NCBI GenBank assembly: GCA_963701185.1 | Contig: OY969569.1 | Span: 447,054 to 511,053 of the forward strand | Reading direction: 5' to 3' | From: Candidatus Gottesmanbacteria bacterium | GTDB taxonomy: Bacteria > Patescibacteriota > Microgenomatia > UBA10105 > UBA927 | Length of the DNA: 64,000 nt | Shown: piece by piece, positions 49,297-59,563 of the stretch | Layout: every line of letters starts with the position of its first letter | Numbering within the stretch: position 1 is the first letter of the stretch | Notes under the pieces: model-generated | The model's input: only the letters and a program-made list of their open reading frames with translations | The model's database searches: none | What the model was told of the DNA's origin: nothing | Program-made: the position numbers and the translations under genes

Positions 49297-50616
49297 TTAC
49301 TTCTTACCGAGAACGATTTCTATTTTTACCTTCTCACCGAATAATTTTTTCAGGACGCCAATAAGAATATCCTTTGTTTTTGACTCCGACAATTTATCCT
49401 TATGAAACGGATAGAATGCTTCGATCGTTACTATACCACGGGAAACACTCTTTGGTCTAGCACTCCGAAGCACCCCGGCCACGGAATGGTTAAACGGTTT
49501 GAGCTCCTCAATGAAGTCTTTCCAATGCTCCGTGAGTTTTTCCAGGGTAAGGAGACCGAGGTCGGGAGAAGACGGAACGGGTGCTTGGGGAGCTATGGGA
49601 CCTAAGGGAACTACGGGAGAAGAAACGCCGCAATATTCTACAACCGCAACTTCAAGCGGAAGCTCTGCAATCGGCGAAATTTTCATCAGTCCATAGGCTT
49701 CGGTACATTTCCGTATCAGCTCACCGCTTTCAGCGTCGCCTGCAATGAGCTTACCGTGCAGCACATGCAGACAATCCACAAGAAATGATTTTATATCTTT
49801 TCCGTTTTTTACAAGTTCTTCAATAATCGCAAATGATTTTTTTGTATCTTTCTTTGCTAATTCCTCTAAAAAATTTGTGACAACAGATGCGTCGCTTAAG
49901 GAAACAAGATTTCGGACCACCCCAACGGTGATTTTTCCTTTATGGAAACTTACCTGTTCCAATAACTTTACCGCGTCCCTGAAGGAACCGTCTACGCTTG
50001 CGGCCAAAAGTGTCAATGCGTCATCTTCGATAGATATTTTTTCCGCCGCAACAATCCGTTTGAGAGCGGCGGCCAGTTCACCGGCCGTGGCGCGGTGAAA
50101 CGAAATACCCACACACCGGGATTGTATGGTGGCAGGCACTTTTTGCGGATCGGTCGTCGCCAGCACAAACACCGCGTGGGCAGGAGGCTCTTCCAAAGTT
50201 TTAAGAAGCGCATTAAAGGCTTCGGTCGTCAGCATGTGTACCTCATCGATAATATAGATTTTGAAATCGGCAGCCGATGGCGATAAATTAATGGCATCCC
50301 GGAGCTGCCGGATTTCATCAATCCCGCGGTTTGACGCCGCGTCAATTTCCAATACATCAAGATTTCGGCCGTCGGCAATGGAAATACATTGGTCGCATTT
50401 CCCGCATGGCCCGTGCTTTGTAGGTTTTGTACAATTAAAAAGTTTCGCAACAATCCGGGCGGCCGTTGTTTTCCCCGCCCCCCGCGGTCCGGTAAACAGG
50501 AATGCATGAGGCAGCTGCTTTTTTTCTTTGGTTAACAGCGATAATAATTGTTCCCGTACCGCAACATTATCAATTTCCTCAATAATTTGCGGACGGTATA
50601 TTCTATAAAAAGACAT
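49297..50616 (-). CDS. dnaX: DNA polymerase III subunit gamma/tau
   Basis: YRPQ, G.RG.GKT, EIDAAS, DEVHML, FNALLKTLEEP, SRC. Confidence 0.97.
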   Translation of the reverse strand: MSFYRIYRPQIIEEIDNVAVREQLLSLLTKEKKQLPHAFLFTGPRGAGKTTAARIVAKLFNCTKPTKHGPCGKCDQCISIADGRNLDVLEIDAASNRGIDEIRQLRDAINLSPSAADFKIYIIDEVHMLTTEAFNALLKTLEEPPAHAVFVLATTDPQKVPATIQSRCVGISFHRATAGELAAALKRIVAAEKISIEDDALTLLAASVDGSFRDAVKLLEQVSFHKGKITVGVVRNLVSLSDASVVTNFLEELAKKDTKKSFAIIEELVKNGKDIKSFLVDCLHVLHGKLIAGDAESGELIRKCTEAYGLMKISPIAELPLEVAVVEYCGVSSPVVPLGPIAPQAPVPSSPDLGLLTLEKLTEHWKDFIEELKPFNHSVAGVLRSARPKSVSRGIVTIEAFYPFHKDKLSESKTKDILIGVLKKLFGEKVKIEIVLGKK

Positions 50617-50683
50617 AAAAAAATAATTAAAAAATAATGAATGTATTATTATTTATTCATTATTCATAATTCATGATTCTTTT

Positions 50684-51067
50684 TTACTCAGGATGGTGTT
50701 TGCCGAGAAGATGGTCCAGGCCGTGAAGCACAAGAACTTCTATTTGATCATCTACAAGTTTATTTTCCTCGCGTGCCTCATCCACCGCCTGTGGATACGA
50801 TACCACAATATCGCCTAAGCGCAAGACATCATCCGGCGGTTCGATAAACTCACCGCCATTTTCCAAACCAAACGACAACACATCCGTTGTTTTATCTATG
50901 TTTCTGTATTTTTTGTTAAGCACTCTCATCTGACGGTCCCCGACAATGCTCACGCTCACTTCGGCGTCACGGTGCACCTCACCAGCGAGCGCTGTTTCGA
51001 TCGCTGTTTTGATTTTCTTCCGGTCAACGGGAAAATGCGATTCTGTTTGAAAAAGAACCGTGATCAT
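50684..51067 (-). CDS. ybeY: rRNA maturation RNase YbeY
   Basis: LN..YR..DK.TDVLSF, LGDIV, HG..HLLG..H. Confidence 0.95.
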   Translation of the reverse strand: MITVLFQTESHFPVDRKKIKTAIETALAGEVHRDAEVSVSIVGDRQMRVLNKKYRNIDKTTDVLSFGLENGGEFIEPPDDVLRLGDIVVSYPQAVDEAREENKLVDDQIEVLVLHGLDHLLGKHHPE

Positions 51068-51504
51068 ACAAGGGATTTTAACATCGCCGCAACGCGCCCG
51101 CCGTCGGCCTGGCCGCGGACTGCCGCCATTGCGTTTTTCATGAGCAGGCCGAAATTCTTTTCGCCGGATTTGGCAATCGGTTCCAAAATCTTTTTAAGCT
51201 CCGCATCTGATAATTCCTTAGGAGCAAATTCTTCGAGGATCGCAAGCTGTGCTTTCTCACGGTCCACCAATTCCTGCCGTCCGGCCTTCTCAAATGCCTC
51301 TATGGACTCACGGTGTGTTTTAATCTGCTTTTTTACGGCATCCAACACATCGGCGTCCGTCATTTTCTTTTCCCAGTCAACGCCGTATTTGGCCGTCACC
51401 GTGTTTCGGACTCCGGCAATCAAAAACCGTATGGTTTCCACACGCATCGCGTTCCCTGCTTTGAGGGAGGAAGTAAGATCCGTTTGCAGTTGATCCATCA
51501 ACAT
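51064..51504 (-). CDS. GatB/YqeY domain protein
   Basis: K..RESI..F..AGR, G..M, G.ADG..V. Confidence 0.9.
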   Translation of the reverse strand: MLMDQLQTDLTSSLKAGNAMRVETIRFLIAGVRNTVTAKYGVDWEKKMTDADVLDAVKKQIKTHRESIEAFEKAGRQELVDREKAQLAILEEFAPKELSDAELKKILEPIAKSGEKNFGLLMKNAMAAVRGQADGGRVAAMLKSLV

Positions 51505-51507
51505 AGA

Positions 51508-51696
51508 TTATCCCCGATTCGGATGGCGAAGTCGGCGGACGAGCTCACGTTTCTTTTCTTTGCGGACTTCCGCGGGCTTCTGATAAAATTCGCGTTTCTT
51601 CAAATCCTGCAAAATACCCTCGGACAATACTTTCCGCGTAAATTTCCGAATGAGTGAATCTGATGTTTCACCTGGTTGTGCTTTGACAAATACCAT
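51508..51696 (-). CDS. rpsU: 30S ribosomal protein S21
   Basis: E..D.LIR.F.R, REFY.KP. Upstream of yqeY. Confidence 0.9.
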   Translation of the reverse strand: MVFVKAQPGETSDSLIRKFTRKVLSEGILQDLKKREFYQKPAEVRKEKKRELVRRLRHPNRG

Positions 51697-51721
51697 AAAA
51701 AACAAACACCCCCTTAGCTTT

Positions 51722-52042
51722 TTACAACGTTCTGAACTTATCGATAGAACCTAATACGTGTATATGTAAATGATCAACCAGAACCGCGCCTTTGCCGTTT
51801 ATCACAATCCGATATTTCTGTATTCCCTGATCGCGGATAATTTTATTGACGACCGTCATCATCTTTCCCGCAAGTCCGTCAGGCACTTCCAGCAATTCCG
51901 GTACATGTTTTTTTGAAATAACCAGCCAATGCACCGGCGCCTGCGGATGGATATCGCGGATTACAACCACATCATTGTCTTCGTACAGTTTTGTACTCGG
52001 CAACTGCCCCGCAATCACATCACAGAAAATACATGACTCCAT
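51722..52042 (-). CDS. HIT family protein
   Basis: CIFC, DI.PQAP.H, HLHIH. Confidence 0.95.
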   Translation of the reverse strand: MESCIFCDVIAGQLPSTKLYEDNDVVVIRDIHPQAPVHWLVISKKHVPELLEVPDGLAGKMMTVVNKIIRDQGIQKYRIVINGKGAVLVDHLHIHVLGSIDKFRTL

Positions 52043-52045
52043 ACA

Positions 52046-52873
52046 TTATTTTTTCCGCAACACGTCAATAATTTGAACCAACGACTTTTTCGTCGGCCGC
52101 ATCTGCGGATTTTTACTGCTACCGTTTAGCACCATGTGACGGCTCGCATGGAGAAACCACGTTGCCTCCGGCTCCTCACTCTTGAGCGTATTATACACCG
52201 ATGTGAGATCGATCTCATCTTTCGGCAGGGATTTGATGCGCAGATACCCTTTTTTCGGGTCTTTGCGTACCGCAATCACATACCCCATTTTTTGCGCCAG
52301 ATGCACCGTCTCGTCGTTGGTGGTTTCGACGCCTATCCCCTTTCCCCACGGTGTCTCAAATTCCACGCCTTTTTCTTTCAATTCTTTTTCCGCCCATACT
52401 TTATTCTGAAATGTTTTGTAGATGCCGTCCAGAGCCTGCATGCCCAAATCCACAATTCTGATGGGGTTGTCGCCGTATAGCAGCCGCCATCCGTCAATCT
52501 GCGTCACGAGCCCCAGGTCCCAGAAATCCGCGGTCGGATTGGGAAAAAATACTTCGCGGAAATGGTCAACCTCGTTGACGACCGCAAGCAACCGTTCCAT
52601 CGCGGGATCAGTCCCGTGCGTCCGTTTCACTTCCTCATACACCAAGAGTGCCGCACACGTATCGTCATTGGACTGATGATGGTCAAATTTCCCGAATCCC
52701 GTGTCGACATGAATAATCTCGGGATCATCATCCGGCGGTTTTCCGCCAAGAGTACTCCCTGCCGGTACAAATGCCGGCATCGCTTCCTCCCAGCCGGGAA
52801 AAAAGGTTTTGATAAGCCAGATTGCGGTGATCGCATCCAGATCCGGCCCGATATGGGCAACAATGGTTTTCAT
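52046..52873 (-). CDS. DHH/MYG1-like phosphoesterase
   Basis: H..PDLDA, VD.G.G.FDHHQ. Confidence 0.7.
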   Translation of the reverse strand: MKTIVAHIGPDLDAITAIWLIKTFFPGWEEAMPAFVPAGSTLGGKPPDDDPEIIHVDTGFGKFDHHQSNDDTCAALLVYEEVKRTHGTDPAMERLLAVVNEVDHFREVFFPNPTADFWDLGLVTQIDGWRLLYGDNPIRIVDLGMQALDGIYKTFQNKVWAEKELKEKGVEFETPWGKGIGVETTNDETVHLAQKMGYVIAVRKDPKKGYLRIKSLPKDEIDLTSVYNTLKSEEPEATWFLHASRHMVLNGSSKNPQMRPTKKSLVQIIDVLRKK

Positions 52874-52892
52874 GTAGTTGAAGTATACCAAA

Positions 52893-52928
52893 TTTAGGGT
52901 GGTTAGGGAGATTGGGGTGATTAGGGAA
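52893..52928. repeat. 9-bp-period tandem repeat (NTTRGGGNN x4)
   Basis: TTTAGGGTG GTTAGGGAG ATTGGGGTG ATTAGGGAA. Confidence 0.7.
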
Positions 52929-52933
52929 CTATA

Positions 52934-54361
52934 TCAATAAGACTGTGCAAAAATCCAGCGGTGGACGGCGCGTTTACCGCAGTGGATGCAGGTACCTGTT
53001 TCATTTTTGGCGTGCATCGGAAGAAGTCTGGTCGACGCTTTGGTTTCTTCCTTAATTGCGGCCTCGCAGGCGGCGTCTTCGCACCAGAAGGCACGGATAA
53101 ATCCGCGGGTCGTGCTCATGATCTTTTTGAATTCGTCGTATGAATCCGCATCACGCGTGTTGTCATGCAAAAACTTTTTCGCTTTTTCAAACAACGATTT
53201 CTGAATATCCGTTAACAATTTCTGCACGGTCGTCAGTAGTTCTTTGCGGGCGACCGTCACTTTTTCTCCCGTATCGCGCCGGACAAGAACAACCGTGTCC
53301 GATGATAATTCACGTTCCCCTATTTCCAAACGGATAGGAACGCCTTTAACCTCCCACTCATTGAACCTGCGGCCGACAGAGGGCTCCTCGCGCTGATCCA
53401 CTTTTACCCGAATTGCAGCATCGCGAAGCGTCTTCGCAAGAGCCCGTGCCTCTTCCTTCTTATCACCAATAGGCATCACAACAACCTGAATAGGTGCAAC
53501 CTTTGGCGGAAGGATAACACCGTTGTCGTCCCCATGCGTCAAAAAGAGACCGCCTAATGCGCGCGTCGACAATCCCCACGATGTCTGCCACACATGATCC
53601 GTCTTTCCGTCGCGGGTGGCAAACTGAATATCAAACACTTTGGAAAAATTCTGGCCGAGATTGTGGGATGTGGCAATTTGGAGTGCTTTCCCGTCCGGCA
53701 TCAGGGCCTCGTTCGTATACGTTGTTTTTGCTCCTGCAAATTTTTCAGAATCGCTCTTTGTCCCCTGATAGATAGGAATTGCCATATACTCTTCAAATAC
53801 CTGCCGGTACCATTCAAACGCGGTGAGAGCCATGTCAATCGCCTCTTTTTCCGTCTCGTGGGCCGTATGCCCTTCCTGCCATAAAAATTCGGTCGTGCGC
53901 AAAAATAAATAGGTCCGTTTTTCCCACCGGACAACATTGTTCCACTGGTTAATAAGAAGGGGCAGGTCGCGCCAGGAGTGTACCCACTTGGCATACATGG
54001 CATACATAATCGTTTCGCTCGTCGGCCGTACAACCAAAGGATCTTTCAGTTTCTCCCCACCGCCGATGGTCACCAATGCCAGCTCCGGAGAAAACCCTTT
54101 GACGTGCTCTTTTTCTTTCTCCAAAAGCGAATGAGGGATAAACAGGGGAAAATATGCATTTTGAACATCGCGTGTTTTCATCATCCGGTTGAAAATCTCC
54201 TGCACGGCTTCCCACAGGGCATAGCCGTAGGGACGGATGACCATGGTACCCTTGACCGGCGCGTAATCGGCAAGCTCCGCTTTGAGAATGACGTCTGTAT
54301 ACCAATCGGATAAATTTTCCGACTTTTTCTTCAGTTCCTTTTTTGAAAATTGCTGGTTCAT
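52934..54361 (-). CDS. proS: Proline--tRNA ligase (eukaryote/archaea-like type)
   Basis: RPTSET, NQW.NVVRWE, EF.WQEGHT, SWG.STR, C-terminal ..SY. Confidence 0.97.
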   Translation of the reverse strand: MNQQFSKKELKKKSENLSDWYTDVILKAELADYAPVKGTMVIRPYGYALWEAVQEIFNRMMKTRDVQNAYFPLFIPHSLLEKEKEHVKGFSPELALVTIGGGEKLKDPLVVRPTSETIMYAMYAKWVHSWRDLPLLINQWNNVVRWEKRTYLFLRTTEFLWQEGHTAHETEKEAIDMALTAFEWYRQVFEEYMAIPIYQGTKSDSEKFAGAKTTYTNEALMPDGKALQIATSHNLGQNFSKVFDIQFATRDGKTDHVWQTSWGLSTRALGGLFLTHGDDNGVILPPKVAPIQVVVMPIGDKKEEARALAKTLRDAAIRVKVDQREEPSVGRRFNEWEVKGVPIRLEIGERELSSDTVVLVRRDTGEKVTVARKELLTTVQKLLTDIQKSLFEKAKKFLHDNTRDADSYDEFKKIMSTTRGFIRAFWCEDAACEAAIKEETKASTRLLPMHAKNETGTCIHCGKRAVHRWIFAQSY

Positions 54362-54375
54362 GCCTTTATTATACA

Positions 54376-55434
54376 TTACCCGCCGCGGGCAAGGCGAAGG
54401 ACGTCGTTGATGGAAATGAGGATAATCAAAATAAATAGCACGATCATCCCGATCTGGTGCGTTGACTGTTCAAACGCAGGCCTCACCTTTTTCCCCAGTA
54501 TTTTTTCCAAAAAGACGAAGGCCAGACGCCCGCCGTCCAGGGCGGGAATGGGCAAAACATTGAGGACCGCCAAATTCAGGGACAGGATGCTCATAAACTC
54601 CAATACTGCCTTCCATCCGAACTTGACCGCAGTCCCCGTCACCTGGGCAATACCGATAGGGCCGGCAACGTCACCGCCTACGGGTTTCAGCGTCGCGATC
54701 TTGCCGATCAGCGACCCGATGCCGGCAAGCATCGCCCACCCGCGTTCCAGATTAATTTTAAACGCCGCAAACGGCGCCTGTGAGATGGGATATCGGTGAG
54801 TTTCCAAATCCGAAATGACAACTCCCAGGGGGCCTTCTCCTTTGGGAACGACTGCCCGCGGCGTCACGCGGACCTCCATGCTTTTCCCCTGACGCTCAAC
54901 GGAAAGGACAATCTCCCGGCCTTTTTCTTTCGTAACAAAAGAAATAAGCTCGGCAGGGGTCCGAAAATGTTCAATAACATCTCCTTTTTGCAGTCCGGCT
55001 TTTTCGGCGGGGCTGCCGACGGTAACACCCTCTATATGCACCCGCCCGGTCGGTTCCAGAACCCCTTGCGTAAGTAAATACGTGGTGATCCCGACAGCCA
55101 GAAGAAAGTTCATCGTGACGCCGGCGAGAAGAATCACAGCCCGTTCTTTTTTGGTCCGCGCGAAAAAATATTCTTTAGGGTGTTTGGGGAATTTAGGGGA
55201 TTTGGGGGGAGGACTTTCGTCCTCGCCGGCCAGCTTCACAAATCCCCCGATCGGCAGCCAGTTGAGCGAGTACAAAATCCCCCGAATTTTTTTTCCGAAA
55301 ATACGCGGCGGCAGACCGAACCCGAATTCCTCTACCTTGACGCCGATAATTCTGGCAACGGTAAAATGCCCCAGCTCATGGATTAAAACTAAAACGCTTA
55401 ATATAGCAAAAAAGACAAGAGCGGTGACAAGCAT
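54376..55434 (-). CDS. rseP: RIP (site-2) metalloprotease
   Basis: HELGH, PIGGFV, PDZ, N.LPIPALDGG. Confidence 0.95.
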   Translation of the reverse strand: MLVTALVFFAILSVLVLIHELGHFTVARIIGVKVEEFGFGLPPRIFGKKIRGILYSLNWLPIGGFVKLAGEDESPPPKSPKFPKHPKEYFFARTKKERAVILLAGVTMNFLLAVGITTYLLTQGVLEPTGRVHIEGVTVGSPAEKAGLQKGDVIEHFRTPAELISFVTKEKGREIVLSVERQGKSMEVRVTPRAVVPKGEGPLGVVISDLETHRYPISQAPFAAFKINLERGWAMLAGIGSLIGKIATLKPVGGDVAGPIGIAQVTGTAVKFGWKAVLEFMSILSLNLAVLNVLPIPALDGGRLAFVFLEKILGKKVRPAFEQSTHQIGMIVLFILIILISINDVLRLARGG

Positions 55435-55457
55435 AATGTGTTTTGAATACCAATACC

Positions 55458-55482
55458 GATTCCCGCCTGCGCGGGAATGACA
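55458..55482. repeat. Intergenic REP/dRS3-like palindrome
   Basis: GATTCCCGCCTGCGCGGGAATGACA. Same family as the copies in tgt and the rluD-like gene. Confidence 0.85.
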
Positions 55483-55491
55483 AACGAAAGG

Positions 55492-56037
55492 TTATACTTG
55501 TAGTAATTCTGCTTCCTTTTTTTGTCCTATCGTATCAATTTCCGCAACCATTTCATCCGTCAATTCCTGCACCAGCTTTTCCCCGTGTTTGCGCTCATCT
55601 TCCGGTAAATCTTTCAGGCTTTTCATGGCGTCTCCCCGAATTTGCCGGACCATCACTTTCCCCGCTTCCAATTTGGCCTTTGCCAGCTTGATGTATTCAA
55701 GCCGGCGCTCTTCGGACAATAGCGGAATGGTGATCCGTATGATCTCGCGATCTACAACGGGCGTCAGCCCTGCGCTGTGAGCCAGAATTCCTTTCTCTAT
55801 CTCTCCGATTGTAGAAATATCGTACGGCGCGATTACCAACGTCTTAGCGTCTATCGTCGTAATCGTTGCCATCTCAACAATCCGAAGGCGCTGGGTGCCG
55901 CCGTAGGCCATAATCACGATATTTTCAACAAGTGCGGGGGTGGCGCGGCCTGATCGGATGGAGGTGAGATCCGTGCGCGTGACATCAATGGCTTTCTTCA
56001 TCTTCTCCCGCGCGCTGTTGAGGATGGATTCTATCAT
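55492..56037 (-). CDS. frr: Ribosome recycling factor
   Basis: IRSGRA.P, YG, P.LSEERR, KEAEL. Confidence 0.96.
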   Translation of the reverse strand: MIESILNSAREKMKKAIDVTRTDLTSIRSGRATPALVENIVIMAYGGTQRLRIVEMATITTIDAKTLVIAPYDISTIGEIEKGILAHSAGLTPVVDREIIRITIPLLSEERRLEYIKLAKAKLEAGKVMVRQIRGDAMKSLKDLPEDERKHGEKLVQELTDEMVAEIDTIGQKKEAELLQV

Positions 56038-56056
56038 CAAAAAAATAGTATCACGA

Positions 56057-56512
56057 TTAAACGCCGAGCGCAATCCGTGTGAATTTGGCGATCGTTATAT
56101 TTTCGCCGACTTTGGCGACGGTTTGTTTCACGAGTGCTTCAATCGTCAGACTTGTATCACGGATGTATTCACCGGCAAGCAGTTCTTTGACATTTTTCGG
56201 GTTCATGGAGGCAACCTGCAGGGCAATCTCATGGGCAAGTGTCTTAAAAGCATCGGTACGTGCCACAAAATCCGTCTCACAGCGCAGTTCAACCAGCACC
56301 CCGACGCGGCCGGCGTGGACATAGGACTCAATTAAACCCTGGGGCGTTTCCCGTCCGCCTTTTTTTACGGCTTTTTCCATTCCCCGCTCCAGAATCAGTT
56401 TCTTTGCTTTTGCATAATCGCCGTTTGCGTCCTCAAGTGCCTGACGGCAGTCAGATACACCGGCGCTGGTATCTTCACGGAGTTTCTTCAGAAGTTCAAG
56501 TGAGATTTTCAT
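56057..56512 (-). CDS. tsf: Elongation factor Ts (short form)
   Basis: LR..T.AG..DC..AL, E..CETDFVA, GENI...F.R. Confidence 0.96.
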   Translation of the reverse strand: MKISLELLKKLREDTSAGVSDCRQALEDANGDYAKAKKLILERGMEKAVKKGGRETPQGLIESYVHAGRVGVLVELRCETDFVARTDAFKTLAHEIALQVASMNPKNVKELLAGEYIRDTSLTIEALVKQTVAKVGENITIAKFTRIALGV

Positions 56513-57282
56513 GACTTCTTTGATTTTACTTCTTTTGGCTTTTCCGCAGCAATTTTTGCCGCTTCAATTTTTGCCGCTTCTTCCTTATTCGCTTTGTCCC
56601 AGAGAGTTTTACCCTCTCCGTACGCCGACGCCAATGCGTGAATAATATATTGAATGGATCCTACCGCGTCATCGTTTGCCGGAATCACGTAGTCAATCGA
56701 AGTAGGATCGGCATTGGTATCCACAATGCCAATGACCGGTACATTGACCCGTTTTCCCTCGCGGACAGCAGGTTCTTCTTTCTTAACGTCCACGACAACC
56801 AGCGCCTGCGGAACGCCCTTGATGGAAAGAACCCCGCCGTAATAAATCTTGATGCGGTCCAGATACCGGCCCATTTTGACTTGTTCGTGCTTCGGGAACT
56901 TTTTCCAGGCGCCGGAAGCCCGGTCCGCTTCCATTTTGAGGATTTTATCGATATTCTTTTTAATTTGTTCCCAGTTGGTTAAAAATCCGCCGATCCAGCG
57001 CTCGACGAAATAGGGAGCGGAAACCGCAGACGTTTCCTGTTTAACGACGCCCGATGCCTGACGTTTGGTACCCACGAAGACAACTTCTTTTCCCTGTGAA
57101 GCGAGATCTTTAATAAACGCGGCAGCGGCTTCCAATCCCGTTTTGGTTTTGACCAAATCTATAATATGGATGCCGTCTTTTTTCGTGTAGATAAACTCTT
57201 TGGCCTTTGGGTGCCACCGTTCGGCTTTATGTCCGAAATGACAACCTGCTTCGAGTAATGCCTGTAGCGTTATTTCTTCCAT
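56509..57282 (-). CDS. rpsB: 30S ribosomal protein S2
   Basis: LLEAG.HFGH, FVGTK, RW.GG.LTN, DTN.DP, PANDD. Confidence 0.98.
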   Translation of the reverse strand: MEEITLQALLEAGCHFGHKAERWHPKAKEFIYTKKDGIHIIDLVKTKTGLEAAAAFIKDLASQGKEVVFVGTKRQASGVVKQETSAVSAPYFVERWIGGFLTNWEQIKKNIDKILKMEADRASGAWKKFPKHEQVKMGRYLDRIKIYYGGVLSIKGVPQALVVVDVKKEEPAVREGKRVNVPVIGIVDTNADPTSIDYVIPANDDAVGSIQYIIHALASAYGEGKTLWDKANKEEAAKIEAAKIAAEKPKEVKSKKS

Positions 57283-57375
57283 AAAAAATGGCGCAATACG
57301 CGCCGATTATTCGCGTATCTCTTGACCTTCTACTCGATACCCTTTCGGGAGAGATACTGTTCGAGTATGCGTAAT
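57283..57375 (-). promoter_or_regulatory. Structured rpsB 5' leader
   Basis: TATAAT at 57382-57387 (minus). Helices 57331-37/57361-67 and 57296-302/57312-18, and a CCC-GAAA-GGG tetraloop. Confidence 0.6.
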
Positions 57376-57420
57376 AGAGGGATTATACGACTTTTTCCGA
57401 TCACCTGCAAGATTTCAATA

Positions 57421-57822
57421 TCACGATCCCGCCCACGTATCGGAAATTTCGACGATTGTTCCGCAAAATAGGTAGCCGACTTCGTCCTCGCCCACCTGAC
57501 TTATCATTGCATGTTCACTATTAGTTTCCAAAGGAGCTAATCCTTCAACTAAATTTAATTTCACGGAAATTCTTTTATCTTTTGTTCCGGGGTATGTTGT
57601 AGCTATCGTTTGACCAAAACTTATTGTATCAACAAAATCCGTATCGACGTGCTCGTGTCCTATCACATCCTGACCGACTCGAAAAATTGGATTGCTCCCC
57701 CCGCGTATGACGCGCCAAATTCCCTGAGGCTGTTCACCAAATGATCCATAATTAAAATGGTGTGCACGAACCTTCGCGAAAGGACCTGAAAATTTTTCCC
57801 CCTGTTGTTCTACTCTTAACAT
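57421..57822 (-). CDS. Hypothetical protein
   Basis: 133-aa AT-richer orphan ORF between glyA and the rpsB leader. Confidence 0.5.
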   Translation of the reverse strand: MLRVEQQGEKFSGPFAKVRAHHFNYGSFGEQPQGIWRVIRGGSNPIFRVGQDVIGHEHVDTDFVDTISFGQTIATTYPGTKDKRISVKLNLVEGLAPLETNSEHAMISQVGEDEVGYLFCGTIVEISDTWAGS

Positions 57823-57862
57823 AGGCCTCTATTATACTCTTCTTGTCAATTTATGCCATCGG

Positions 57863-59185
57863 TTATGGCAGGGGAAACCGGGCGGTGAGGGTTTTGATAT
57901 CCACGCGGATGTTCGCTAAAGTTTTATTTTTGGCGACAGACTGCCGGAATTTTTTGAGGTACACAACGCGCTCTTCTTTGGTTCCCGGCAATCGGGAATC
58001 AGATACTTCTGCGATTGCCGTGGCGATCCATTTGCCGATAATCTTCATTTCGTTCATTCCCATTCCCCGCGTGGTAAGAGCGGGCGTCCCCAGACGGATG
58101 CCGGAAGGATAAAAAGGGCTGCCCGGGTCTTTCGGAACCGTATTTTTGTTCGCCGTAATGCCGGCCGCCTCTAACGCAACCTGGGCAAATATGCCGCCGC
58201 CGGCGCCGAATGTGGGAACGAGATCCAGCAAAATCAAATGATTCTCCGTCCCGTCGCCGACTAACTTCAATCCGTTTGCTTTAAGAGTTTGGGCCAAGGC
58301 TTTGGCATTCTTCACAATCTGAACCCCATATTTTTTGAATGCCGCGGTTGAAGCTTCTTTGAGTGCCACGGCAATGGCGCCGGTCTGGTGGTCATGCGGC
58401 CCGCCCTGCAGACCCGGAAATACCGCACGGTCCACTTTGTCTCCCAACTCGGGATCTTTTTTGAGCCCCGCGTGGGTGACCATAATGATGCCGCCGCGCG
58501 GGCCGCGCAGTGTTTTGTGGGTTGTCGAAGTGACGATATGGGCATAGGGAAACGGGCTGGTGTGGACGCCGGCGATAATAAGGCCGATGACGTGGGCCAC
58601 GTCCGACGCCAGATATGCACCCACGGAATTTGCTATTTCCGCGAATTTTTCAAATTCGTATTGGTAGACGTAGGCTGTCGCACCGGTCCAAATTAATTTA
58701 GGTCTGTGCTCGCGGGCGAGCCGCCATACTTCATCAATATCCACATGTCCGTCGGCAGTGACATGGTACGGGATGCTTTTGTAAAACATGGCGGTTGCCG
58801 ACACTTTCCACCCGTGGGTCAGGTGCCCGCCGTCGGTGAGATTTAATCCCATGATGGTATCCCCGGGCCTGCAGGTAGCAAGATACACCGCCAAATTTGC
58901 CGGTGAACCGGAATACGGCTGGACGTTGACATAGGGGACGTTGAACAATTTTTTTGCCCTGTTTTGTGCTAACAGTTCTATCTCATCGATAAATTCGTTC
59001 CCCCCGTAATACCGCTTACGCGGATACCCCTCGGAATATTTATTAGTGAGAATCGATCCCATGGCCTCGCGTACTGCGGCCGACACATAATTCTCCGACG
59101 GAATCATTTCCAGGCCTTCTTTCTGGCGTTTTGCTTCCGCATCAATAAGTTTCGCAACCTCGGAATCGTGACTCGTGAGGATCAT
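57863..59185 (-). CDS. glyA: Serine hydroxymethyltransferase
   Basis: SEN, NKYSEGYP..RYYGG, GGHLTHG, TTHKTLRGPRGG, GIRLGTPA. Confidence 0.98.
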   Translation of the reverse strand: MILTSHDSEVAKLIDAEAKRQKEGLEMIPSENYVSAAVREAMGSILTNKYSEGYPRKRYYGGNEFIDEIELLAQNRAKKLFNVPYVNVQPYSGSPANLAVYLATCRPGDTIMGLNLTDGGHLTHGWKVSATAMFYKSIPYHVTADGHVDIDEVWRLAREHRPKLIWTGATAYVYQYEFEKFAEIANSVGAYLASDVAHVIGLIIAGVHTSPFPYAHIVTSTTHKTLRGPRGGIIMVTHAGLKKDPELGDKVDRAVFPGLQGGPHDHQTGAIAVALKEASTAAFKKYGVQIVKNAKALAQTLKANGLKLVGDGTENHLILLDLVPTFGAGGGIFAQVALEAAGITANKNTVPKDPGSPFYPSGIRLGTPALTTRGMGMNEMKIIGKWIATAIAEVSDSRLPGTKEERVVYLKKFRQSVAKNKTLANIRVDIKTLTARFPLP

Positions 59186-59220
59186 GCACAAAGAATACGA
59201 AATTTCTGCATGAAGTGCAA

Positions 59221-59562
59221 CTAGCGAAAATCATGACACGCTTTCAACAGTAAACTCCTATGACAACGGGTCGCAGACTTTTCCCAACACAACAGAGTAA
59301 TGTTTGTAGTTTTTGAAAGATCAACCAACATGCGGATCAGACGTTTGTTTTTATCTATCACGCGGTTTTGATAGAACGGTACAAACTCGTTCCAGGTAAT
59401 TTTTTTGTCAATCACGTATTTTTTTAATAACGATTCCGGCGGAGCCAGTCGCGGAATCCATATATCGAAATCATATTCAGGACGAATTCGACGCATCACA
59501 CATATGCGAATTCCATCAGTTCTGCTTTTAAGTTTTTGCAGTGATTTTGTACGTACATTCAT
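59221..59562 (-). CDS. DUF488 family protein
   Basis: DG.RI.VMR, W...LAP, ITLLC.E....CHR. Confidence 0.85.
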   Translation of the reverse strand: MNVRTKSLQKLKSRTDGIRICVMRRIRPEYDFDIWIPRLAPPESLLKKYVIDKKITWNEFVPFYQNRVIDKNKRLIRMLVDLSKTTNITLLCWEKSATRCHRSLLLKACHDFR

Positions 59563-59563
59563 A

